From Prevotella sp. (GTDB lineage Bacteria > Bacteroidota > Bacteroidia > Bacteroidales > Bacteroidaceae), in the NCBI GenBank assembly GCA_017475265.1, contig JAFVFY010000079.1, forward strand, positions 14,119 through 78,118: a DNA stretch of 64,000 nucleotides. The letters run 5' to 3'. Positions 8,892-17,117 of this stretch are shown one piece after another. How positions within the stretch are numbered: position 1 is the stretch's first letter; each line of letters opens with the position of its first letter. The position numbers were made by a program, and so were the translations under genes. The notes beneath the pieces were generated by a model. The model did not search any database. It had not been told where the DNA came from and saw only the letters and a program-made list of their open reading frames with translations.

Positions 8892-9800
8892 ATGATAGAA
8901 CTTGGAAAATACAACACCCTGCGCATAGACCACAGCGCAGAGCAGGGACTCTACCTGCAGGGCGACGAGGTGACGGGCGACATACTGATGCCGAGACGCT
9001 ACGTCACACCGGAGATGCACATCGGCGACGAGGTGCGCGTTTTCATTTACCTCGACCAGGACGAACGGCTTATTGCCACCACGGAGACACCCTTGGCCAC
9101 GGTTGGCGAGTTTGCCTTCCTGCATGTTGCCTGGACCAACAAGTACGGCGCGTTTCTCAGCTGGGGACTGATGAAAGACCTCTTCTGTCCTTTCCGGGAG
9201 CAGAAGCAGCCCATGCAGCGAGGCAAAGGCTACATCGTCTATGTGAAGGAGGACGAGGAAAGCCACCGTCTCATGGCCACGGCCAAGGTGGAACGCTACT
9301 TGACAGCCGCCTCAGACAAGGAAGAGAGGAGGCTGAACCACGGCGATGCCGTAGACTGCCTTATCTGGCAGAAGACCGACCTGGGCTTCAAGGCCATCGT
9401 AAGGGCTATAGACTCTAAAGACTCTATAGACTCTATAGCCACTATAGAGCCTATAGTCCCCTACTACCAAGGGCAGCTCTATGACAACCAGATATTCCAG
9501 CAGCTGCGCACCGGCGACCGCGTGACGGCCTACGTGGACCATGTGCGCCAGGACGGAAAAATTGACCTCACGCTGCAGCCTACTGGCCACCGCCACACTC
9601 TCAACTTCGCCGAGACCCTCCTGCGCTATCTTCACGAGAACGGTGGCCGTTGTGACTTGGGCGACAACAGCGACCCGGAACTCATCTACGACCGTTTCAA
9701 GGTGTCGAAGAAAGCTTATAAGCGGGCCATCGGCGACCTCTACCGCCGCCACCTCATCATCATCACAAACGAGGGCATCGCCCTTGCAATTGATAATTGA
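8892..9800 (+). CDS. cvfB: CvfB family S1-domain RNA-binding protein
   Basis: MIELGKYNTL, FIYLDQDERL, GAFLSWGLMKDLFCPFREQ, C-terminal wHTH FKVSKKAYKRAIGDLY; carries an in-frame 9-mer repeat insert. Confidence 0.9.
   Translation: MIELGKYNTLRIDHSAEQGLYLQGDEVTGDILMPRRYVTPEMHIGDEVRVFIYLDQDERLIATTETPLATVGEFAFLHVAWTNKYGAFLSWGLMKDLFCPFREQKQPMQRGKGYIVYVKEDEESHRLMATAKVERYLTAASDKEERRLNHGDAVDCLIWQKTDLGFKAIVRAIDSKDSIDSIATIEPIVPYYQGQLYDNQIFQQLRTGDRVTAYVDHVRQDGKIDLTLQPTGHRHTLNFAETLLRYLHENGGRCDLGDNSDPELIYDRFKVSKKAYKRAIGDLYRRHLIIITNEGIALAIDN
9406..9459. repeat. CTATAG-core 9-mer tandem repeat (6 units), in frame in cvfB
   Basis: ctatagact ctaaagact ctatagact ctatagcca ctatagagc ctatagtcc. Confidence 0.9.
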
Positions 9801-9823
9801 CAATTGATAATTGATAATTGACA
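9787..9823. repeat. (C/T)AATTGA heptamer tandem repeat spanning the cvfB stop codon
   Basis: caattga taattga caattga taattga taattga. Confidence 0.9.
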
Positions 9824-9827
9824 GAAG

Positions 9828-10358
9828 ATGCCCCATCCCCTAGACAAATTCAGTTTCTGCCCCGTCTGCGGCAGCAACCACTTCGAGGTGAACAACTTCA
9901 AGAGCAAGCGCTGCCATGACTGTGGCTTCACCTATTACGCGAACCCCTGTTCGGCCACGGCGGCCTTCATCCGTAACAGTCGTGGCGACCTGCTCGTAGC
10001 CGTTCGTGGCAAGGAGCCGGCCAAGGCCACGCTCGACCTGCCTGGTGGTTTCGTAGACATGAACGAGACAGCCGAGGAGGGAATCATCCGTGAGGTGCTT
10101 GAAGAGACTGGGCTCGTCATCACATCGCCCCGATACCTCTTCTCCATCCCCAACCGCTACCTCTACTCTGGCATGGTGATTCATACCGTGGACATGTTCT
10201 ACGAAGTGAACGTGGCCGATGATGTCATTCCCCGTGCCGACGATGATGCCGCCGCCCTGAAATGGATGTCCATCGGAGATGTAGACCCGTCACTATTTGG
10301 ACTGCAAAGCATCAGTCAGGGTGTTCGACAATATCAGTCGGAGATATTGGCTTTGTGA
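9828..10358 (+). CDS. NUDIX hydrolase with N-terminal zinc ribbon (NudC-like)
   Basis: FCPVCG...CHDCG; Nudix box GGFVDMNETAEEGIIREVLEETG. Confidence 0.92.
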   Translation: MPHPLDKFSFCPVCGSNHFEVNNFKSKRCHDCGFTYYANPCSATAAFIRNSRGDLLVAVRGKEPAKATLDLPGGFVDMNETAEEGIIREVLEETGLVITSPRYLFSIPNRYLYSGMVIHTVDMFYEVNVADDVIPRADDDAAALKWMSIGDVDPSLFGLQSISQGVRQYQSEILAL

Positions 10359-10370
10359 AAGCTTTTAGGG

Positions 10371-12329
10371 TTAAAGAGGAAGGCTGACGATAAACCGGCA
10401 GCCATCGTGGTAGTCTGGGTCCATGGTAAGTTCGCCGCCTAGGTTGAAGATGTGACGCTTGGCCAGCGGCAGACCGAGGCCCAGGCCTTCGGAAAGGCTA
10501 TCGATTTTGGTAAAGAACGCGAACATTCTTTCGCGGTGTGAATCGTCAATACCTTTTCCTGTGTCCTCAACAATGAAGAAAACTGTTTTATGGGCATTAT
10601 CAGGCTTATCAGACAAATGGGTCGTTACGATGAGCCTCAGATGCTGTCCGTCAGAGTACTTGGCCGCATTAAAAAGCAGCTCGCGTAGCGTGCGCTCCAA
10701 GTAGAGGCTATTGGTCTTTATACATAAATCGTCAGCCACATCTGTGTGGAAGTTGATATTAATGTCGGGGAAGTGTATATTGATGTATTCGATGGCAGCG
10801 TGTGCCAACTTGTTACATCCTACCTTGTCTTGCTTGTTGCTTTTCAACTCCTCGTTTAATCCTGTATCTGAGCTGTCGAAGAGCATCAATGCCATACGGT
10901 AAAGTATTTTGGAGTTGTGGTCTATGGTGGTGGTAATGACTTTCATTTCCTCATCATTGAGCCGGGGACTGTTGCTGAGAATCTGAGTGAACCCCATGAT
11001 GATGTTCAACGGCGTGCGTATCTGGTGGCTGATGTTCTGTATGAATTCCGTCTTCTGCTGGTTGGCCTCTTCGGCCAGGCGGGTAGCCTCTGCCAGCTCT
11101 TCGTAGCGTCGTTGTGCCAGTTCCGTAGTGTAGCGCACGCTGCCCATGTGGAAATTGAGCCGCTGTAGCATCGATGCGAAGCTGTTCTGCAGGCTTCCTA
11201 TGGCATCTTCGCGCTGGCTGCGTGGTATGTACACCTCCATGTTGCCCGAGGCTATGGTCTGTGTCTTGACAAGCAGCTCGTTGAGCGGGCGTATGGAGTG
11301 GGCCACGGAATGATGGCAAAGCAGGAGGATGAAAATCAGACCGATGACGAGCAAGGGCAAAACGATATAGGTCTGCTGATTATATCCAGACAGGATGTCG
11401 TCGTCAGGACAGACGAGTGCCAGGCTCCACATCGTGCCGGGTACTCGTTGATAGGTGACGAGGCTGTGCACACCTTCAAGGTCGAGGAACATATTGCCAG
11501 TATTGCCCTTAGTCATTTCGTGCCCCAGAGCAATGAGAACGGGCTGCTGGCTTGGTGAGGCTTCGTCGAAGATTGATTGAGAGAAAAGGCGTGAGGAGTC
11601 AGGATGAACGATGTATTGGCCCTTTTCGTTCACCATCATGAAATAAGAGTTGGGATAGGGCTTTTCTTGGGAAATGACCTTTGAGACACGTCTCAGCGAG
11701 ATGTCGGATGAAATGATGCCCACCAACCGACCCTGTAAGTCGTGTATGGGCCTGCCGAAGGAAGAAATCATGCCGTCCAGGGTCAACTCGAGCGAGTCGG
11801 TCTCATCGAAAAAGTCCACCCAGTAAGGGGCATCCTTTTGGCGTGGCAACCTGTACCAGTCTTTACTGAAATAATCATACGGCTCCTCTATCACGGTGAT
11901 GATTGAGTCGGGAATGAAGGGGGTGTCGGGCTGACTCACATCAGACACCCGATTTTGGCGTATGGTGTAGGCAGAAAAATAGCGACCGTATTCTGGAAAC
12001 ACGTCGGATTCCATGCTGATACTACAGCCGTCGATGCTCGGATTGAAACTCACAATGAACCGGGTGAGAGCCAGGATGGAGTCTGGATGCAGCTGCTCTG
12101 GAATGAACATGCTAATGGCATTGGTTGCGGTCTCAACGGAGTTGAGGTGTCTGCAAAGGCGCTGCATGGTGGTGTTCAAGGTACTATTAACGCGACCCAC
12201 TGCCTCTTCACGTATCATACGGCGCGAATGTGTGAAGAGTATGCCCAGCGAAATGAAGAAGACAGGTACGGCAAGCAGCAGCACCGTCAGGCTGAGCTTC
12301 GTAGAGAACGACTTGCGGATGTCAATCAT
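10371..12329 (-). CDS. Sensor histidine kinase (dCache-HAMP-HisKA-HATPase)
   Basis: Two TM segments; H-box FIQNISHQIRTPLN; N box LLFNAAKY; G1 VEDTGKGI; G2 GLGLGL. Confidence 0.92.
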   Translation of the reverse strand: MIDIRKSFSTKLSLTVLLLAVPVFFISLGILFTHSRRMIREEAVGRVNSTLNTTMQRLCRHLNSVETATNAISMFIPEQLHPDSILALTRFIVSFNPSIDGCSISMESDVFPEYGRYFSAYTIRQNRVSDVSQPDTPFIPDSIITVIEEPYDYFSKDWYRLPRQKDAPYWVDFFDETDSLELTLDGMISSFGRPIHDLQGRLVGIISSDISLRRVSKVISQEKPYPNSYFMMVNEKGQYIVHPDSSRLFSQSIFDEASPSQQPVLIALGHEMTKGNTGNMFLDLEGVHSLVTYQRVPGTMWSLALVCPDDDILSGYNQQTYIVLPLLVIGLIFILLLCHHSVAHSIRPLNELLVKTQTIASGNMEVYIPRSQREDAIGSLQNSFASMLQRLNFHMGSVRYTTELAQRRYEELAEATRLAEEANQQKTEFIQNISHQIRTPLNIIMGFTQILSNSPRLNDEEMKVITTTIDHNSKILYRMALMLFDSSDTGLNEELKSNKQDKVGCNKLAHAAIEYINIHFPDININFHTDVADDLCIKTNSLYLERTLRELLFNAAKYSDGQHLRLIVTTHLSDKPDNAHKTVFFIVEDTGKGIDDSHRERMFAFFTKIDSLSEGLGLGLPLAKRHIFNLGGELTMDPDYHDGCRFIVSLPL

Positions 12330-13836
12330 CGTCGCCCTCCTTTCTCCTTTCCTCGTCTGAAAGGTTTATCAGGTTGTCCAGTAGCTTGGCAATTGTTTCA
12401 CCCTTCTCATGGATATCTTCGGCCAAAGCAGCACCGTCCGCCCCTTGAGCTAGACTATTTACGTTCCTTTCGATAGCCTCAGCGGGGCCAATCATCTGGT
12501 TCGTCATGTTGCGCAGGAAGGCCATTTTCATGCGGTCGGCCTTCTGTGCCTGTTCGTAGGCTGTCTTCAGACTCTTGCCGCGCTCCTGTAGTGTCACGGT
12601 CAGCTGTTCTAGCTCGCCTATATGCGAAGACAGAGACTGTTGCATCTGCTGGAAGTTGTCCTGCAGACGGCCTATCTCGTCTTTCTGGTGACTGTCGGGG
12701 ATAGTCTCGTCATAGTGACCATTGGCAATACGCTTTGCCGAGTCGGTCAGCATCTGCAAGGGGAGCAACTGGCGGTGGATGAAGATGCTACAGAGCAGCA
12801 GCAACAGCAACAGCCCCACAACTGCAATGGCCAGCACATAGAAACGCAGGTTGTTATAGTCGCCGAAGATGTCGTCTTTGGGGTAGGCGATTCCTACGCT
12901 CCAGTTCACTTCTTCCGTTGTACGTCCTGGCATGAAGGAACGTTTGAAAGGTTTGTAGAATACGTAGTAAGAGGTGCCGTTGATGAGTATCTGCCTGTAA
13001 CCTGTCTCGCCACTCACCATTGCCTTTGCCGCTTCCGTTACAGAAGAGTCGACTCCAAACTCAGAAAGCTTGAACACATTCTGGTGAAGCGATGCGTTGC
13101 TGTCAGGATGCACGATGTACGAGCCGTCATCGTCTAGCAGCGTGCAGAAAGAGTGAACCGACGGTTTTGCTGAAAGGACGATGCGTGACAGCAGATTGAG
13201 CGACACGTCGACACCAATGACACCGATTGGCTTGCCGTCCAAGCCTAAGATGGGCAGACAGAAAGTGACCACGTTAAAGGCGTCTCCCAGATTCCTTACC
13301 GAAGGGGAATTCCTATATTTATCCTCGTCCTCTACGGAGAGTGGCTTCATCCATCCGGGTGCTACCTTCTTCATGGTCTCAGCATACCATTCCTGCTCCG
13401 TGTAGGGAGTGTCTCCGAAAGACTCTGACCGTACAATTTGCGAGTTGTCCGTGCGGTGGTAATAGGCCATGAAGTTTTGCCCGTCTTTGTAAAAATCGGG
13501 TTTTAATGCGATGGCGCAGCCCACCACGTATGGGTTCGATTCCACCACCTGGCGGCTGGTCGTCAGCACTTTCTCCTTGTTGTTCAGATAGGGCAAAACG
13601 TGGAAGTAAAAGTTACCGGTTGTCTGTTCCACGGTCAACAGGATGTTGTCGATATGCTGCATGGTGGATTCCAGCGTTTGAGTAGCTTTCTGCAAAGCCT
13701 CCTCTTTGAGTGCCTTACGTGCATAAATCATCATCACCACAAGCGAGGCAAGAAGCACCAAAGCCATGGATGACACCACTATCAGGCTGAGTCGTACTGA
13801 TAAGGTTTTTTGGATGATTTTAGGCAATCGTAGCAT
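12322..13836 (-). CDS. dCache-HAMP sensor with degenerate DHp and no ATPase domain
   Basis: Paralogous to the downstream kinase; H-box reads FLRNMTNQMIGPAEAI (no His) and the ORF ends soon after; ATG 13836 lies just downstream of TAATTTTG. Confidence 0.8.
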   Translation of the reverse strand: MLRLPKIIQKTLSVRLSLIVVSSMALVLLASLVVMMIYARKALKEEALQKATQTLESTMQHIDNILLTVEQTTGNFYFHVLPYLNNKEKVLTTSRQVVESNPYVVGCAIALKPDFYKDGQNFMAYYHRTDNSQIVRSESFGDTPYTEQEWYAETMKKVAPGWMKPLSVEDEDKYRNSPSVRNLGDAFNVVTFCLPILGLDGKPIGVIGVDVSLNLLSRIVLSAKPSVHSFCTLLDDDGSYIVHPDSNASLHQNVFKLSEFGVDSSVTEAAKAMVSGETGYRQILINGTSYYVFYKPFKRSFMPGRTTEEVNWSVGIAYPKDDIFGDYNNLRFYVLAIAVVGLLLLLLLCSIFIHRQLLPLQMLTDSAKRIANGHYDETIPDSHQKDEIGRLQDNFQQMQQSLSSHIGELEQLTVTLQERGKSLKTAYEQAQKADRMKMAFLRNMTNQMIGPAEAIERNVNSLAQGADGAALAEDIHEKGETIAKLLDNLINLSDEERRKEGDDD

Positions 13837-13915
13837 ATCGACAGCAAAATTAAGCAAATTTTGCGGAACAGCAATATCTTAACCCACAAAAAAAAGTTAA
13901 ATCTCTCTTACGAGC

Positions 13916-15493
13916 CTATCGTCTGATATCATAGTGGAAGGAACTGAACATCGCTTTGCCACCTTCGGTGGGTGCCGTGGTGTAGCAGAAAAGACCTATT
14001 CGCGAGCCTTTCCAGTAGCCCATACGAAGTGGGAAAGGCTTTCCAGCAGGGGTGAAACGATGTCCGTCGGTGCTGGTGGCCAGTTGGTGGAGGTTGCGAT
14101 CGCTGTCAATGGTGACACGCAGGTATACGGTCTTTTTGGTGCAGCGGCCAAGGAGGGTACGTTGGCCGTCTTGTTCCAGATAGAAGAAGAGTTTACCGTC
14201 CTTGTGGCAGATGCCCACGCCCATGAATTGCTTGCCCGTACAGAGCAGACCGGCGTGGTCGCCGTCGCGAAGGGCAGAGGCGTCGATGGTGACGGTGGCC
14301 TCGCTCTCGTAGCCTACGGTCTTTTGCGTCAACATGTTACGGCTGGCTTTCAGACTGTCGGCGGGCAGGGCGTGGAGGGTCAGCCAGCCCTGCCGCTCAC
14401 TGAGGCTCCAGGCTGAAAGGACGGGGTTGTGGTTCCACTGCCAGAGGGGGGAGAGGAAGGGGGAGGCTGTAGATTCTATAGTTTCTATAGTATCTATAGT
14501 ACCTATAGTGCCTATAGCTTCTATAGTTTCTATAGTTGTTTTCAAAGGTTTTTCCCAGACGGCCACTGGCTCGCCGATGCCATTACCGTCGATGTCTACA
14601 CCGATGAGGGGCCAGTCGTCTTTCCATCGTGCAGGTTGCAGGTGTACCACGCGGCCACGGGGATGAGTCTCCTGAAAGTGGAAAAACCACCAAGTGCTGT
14701 CGGTAGCCTCAACGAGAGCACCCTGGTGCGGTCCGTTGATATTGGTGCTGCCCTGTTCCAGAACCACACGTTTCTCGTATGGACCGTAGATGTTACGCGA
14801 GCGCAGAACCGTTTGCCAACCAGTGCCAACACCGCCCTCGGGGATGATGAGATAGTAGTAGCCGTGGCGTTTCATCATCTTCGTGCCCTCTGCCACGGGT
14901 CCGGTGTAGACCGTCACGCCATCGTCTAGCAGCTGTCTGCCGTCGGCACTCATGCGATGGATGATGATAGGACCTGCACCATACTGGCTACGCCCTAGGT
15001 AAGCCTGTCCGTCATCATCCCAAAAGGGACACGGGTCTTCCCATTTCTCCACGGCCTTGACACAGTGGAGCGGACTCCATGGGCCACGGGCATCGCGGGC
15101 CGTAGACATAAAGAGTCCCTCGTCGGGCGTACAGAAATAGATGTAGAACAGCCCGTCGTGATGGCGTATGGCCGGAGCCCATGAGCCGCCGCCATAGTGT
15201 TCGTTAGTGTCCCAGCCAGGGTAGTCGAAATGGTCGTACACCTGGCTGACCACCCGCCAGTTCACCAAATCGATGGACTCCAGCACCTGCATGCCCATGA
15301 AATGGAAGTCGGAGGCCACCATATAATACTTGTCGCCAACGCGAATGACGTCGGGGTCGCTGAAGTCGGCGTTCAGCACAGGGTTCTTGTACGTGCCGTT
15401 CAGTTGGTCGCCCCAGTCCAGTGGCTGTTGTGCCTGTGAGGCGTTGATGGGCAACATGGCCATTGCCGCCGTGAAGAGTTTTTTAGCAATCAT
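13916..15493 (-). CDS. GH43 glycoside hydrolase (beta-xylosidase/arabinofuranosidase type) with C-terminal beta-sandwich
   Basis: Signal peptide; NPVLNADFSDPDVIRVG, WAP, WEDPCPFWDDDG, AEGTK, PHQGALV; in-frame repeat insert TIETIEAIGTIG. Confidence 0.9.
   Translation of the reverse strand: MIAKKLFTAAMAMLPINASQAQQPLDWGDQLNGTYKNPVLNADFSDPDVIRVGDKYYMVASDFHFMGMQVLESIDLVNWRVVSQVYDHFDYPGWDTNEHYGGGSWAPAIRHHDGLFYIYFCTPDEGLFMSTARDARGPWSPLHCVKAVEKWEDPCPFWDDDGQAYLGRSQYGAGPIIIHRMSADGRQLLDDGVTVYTGPVAEGTKMMKRHGYYYLIIPEGGVGTGWQTVLRSRNIYGPYEKRVVLEQGSTNINGPHQGALVEATDSTWWFFHFQETHPRGRVVHLQPARWKDDWPLIGVDIDGNGIGEPVAVWEKPLKTTIETIEAIGTIGTIDTIETIESTASPFLSPLWQWNHNPVLSAWSLSERQGWLTLHALPADSLKASRNMLTQKTVGYESEATVTIDASALRDGDHAGLLCTGKQFMGVGICHKDGKLFFYLEQDGQRTLLGRCTKKTVYLRVTIDSDRNLHQLATSTDGHRFTPAGKPFPLRMGYWKGSRIGLFCYTTAPTEGGKAMFSSFHYDIRR
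14467..14538. repeat. CTATAG-core 9-mer tandem repeat (8 units, 72 nt), in frame in GH43
   Basis: ctgtagatt ctatagttt ctatagtat ctatagtac ctatagtgc ctatagctt ctatagttt ctatagttg. Confidence 0.92.
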
Positions 15494-15559
15494 GCAGCAA
15501 AAATACACTTTTCCTGGAAATAATGCAAGGAATTGCGAAAAAAGTTGTACTTTTGCAGC

Positions 15560-16903
15560 ATGATTAGACGATTATTTAACATTTTGCTGACAGGGATGCT
15601 CTGCGCAACCGCGTCGGCGAGGGATTACAACATTGTAGACTTCGGAGCCAAGAACGACACGACGGTACTCAGTACTGAGGCCATTCAGAAAGCCATTGAC
15701 GCTTGTTCGGAAAAGGGCGGCGGTCGAGTAGTGGTGCCTTCTGGCATGTACAAGACTGGCACGCTGGTATTGCGCAGCCATGTGGACCTGCACCTGGAGA
15801 CGGGCGCGACACTCTATGGCAGTACCCGCCTGGAGGACTACCGACCGATGAAGACCACCTATGTGTCGCTGCGTACTTGGGGTGAGACTGTGCAGCTGAT
15901 CTTCGCCGATAGTGTACAGGATGTGCAAATCAGTGGACATGGCACCATTGATGGACGCGGTTCGGCGTTCAAGAAGCTGTCTTGGAATGACGAGGGCATC
16001 ACCCGTCCTCACCTGTTGCGCTTCATCCAGAGCCAGGACGTTAGCATCAGCGACGTAACGTTGCGCAATAGTGGCTGCTGGATGCAGCACTACCTGGCTT
16101 GCGACCGTGTTCAGATACGTGGCATCAAGGTGTTTAACCGCAATAACTACAACAACGATGCGCTTGACCTGGACGGCTGCCACGATGTGACCGTCAGCGA
16201 TATGCTGGCTGACAGCGACGACGATGCCATCACACTGAAGTCTACGTCGCCGCGTCTCTGCGAGGACATCGTCATCCACGACTGTATTGTCAGTAGCCAC
16301 TGTAACGGCATAAAGCTGGGCACGGAGACCAATGGCGGCTTCCGCAATATCAATATCTCTAACTGCGTGGTGAAGCCCTCCGCAGACCAGACGACGCAGT
16401 TCTTCGGTGACTCACTGAAGCGTGGAACGTCGGCCATATCGCTGGAGATTGTCGACGGCGGCATACTGGAGAATGTCCATGTGTCTAACATCGTGGTAGA
16501 GGGCACCGAGTCGCCCATCTTCATCCGTCTGGGCAACCGTGCCCGTAGCTATGCCAAAGACGTGCCTGTGAATAGGGTTGGGCAAATCCAAGGTGTGCAT
16601 CTCTCCAATATCACGGTGAACGGAGCTGGACGAACGGGGTGTAGCATCACCGGTCTGCCTGATCACCCTGTCGAGGATATCTGGCTTTCGGACATCACCA
16701 TCCATCAGCAAGGCGGTTGTCAGAACGTTGACATTCCTACCGACGAGAAGGAAAAAGACTACCCCGAAGCTACGATGTGGGGCGTTCTTCCTGCCAAGGG
16801 ATTCTTCGTGCGCCACGCCCGCAATGTTCATTTCAACAATGTCACCATTACCACCATCCAGCCCGACCAGAGACCCGAATATGTGAAGGTGGATGTGGAA
16901 TAA
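15560..16903 (+). CDS. GH28 polygalacturonase-family protein
   Basis: Signal peptide; YNIVDFGAK, AIQKAIDAC, NNDALDLD, SDDDAITLKS, GIKLGTET. Confidence 0.92.
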   Translation: MIRRLFNILLTGMLCATASARDYNIVDFGAKNDTTVLSTEAIQKAIDACSEKGGGRVVVPSGMYKTGTLVLRSHVDLHLETGATLYGSTRLEDYRPMKTTYVSLRTWGETVQLIFADSVQDVQISGHGTIDGRGSAFKKLSWNDEGITRPHLLRFIQSQDVSISDVTLRNSGCWMQHYLACDRVQIRGIKVFNRNNYNNDALDLDGCHDVTVSDMLADSDDDAITLKSTSPRLCEDIVIHDCIVSSHCNGIKLGTETNGGFRNINISNCVVKPSADQTTQFFGDSLKRGTSAISLEIVDGGILENVHVSNIVVEGTESPIFIRLGNRARSYAKDVPVNRVGQIQGVHLSNITVNGAGRTGCSITGLPDHPVEDIWLSDITIHQQGGCQNVDIPTDEKEKDYPEATMWGVLPAKGFFVRHARNVHFNNVTITTIQPDQRPEYVKVDVE

Positions 16904-17020
16904 ATTGCGGGTGAAGTAGTTACATACGATAGCTGGAAAAGTTAAAAAAGAATAAACAACGACCAAAAGTCGCTGTCTCTTCATTGCGTTATGCGGAAAA
17001 GCTGTACCTTTGCACGCACT

Positions 17021-17105
17021 ATTCAAGGGGTGTCCGCTCTGTTGGGCGGGCTGAGATAATACCCTCAAACGAACCTGATGCGGATAATACCGACGAAGGG
17101 ATGAA
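17021..17105 (+). ncRNA. TPP riboswitch
   Basis: GGGGTG...GCTGAGAT.ATACCC...GAACCTGATGCGGATAATACCGACGAAGGGA core, downstream of promoter TACCTTTG (17005-17012) and upstream of thiamine uptake genes. Confidence 0.93.
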
Positions 17106-17117
17106 AAAACAAATGCA

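Noticed and set aside
13916-16903. Polysaccharide utilisation locus
   Set aside because: No susC/susD pair is adjacent; the only TonB receptor is TPP-controlled and linked to pnuC and thiN.
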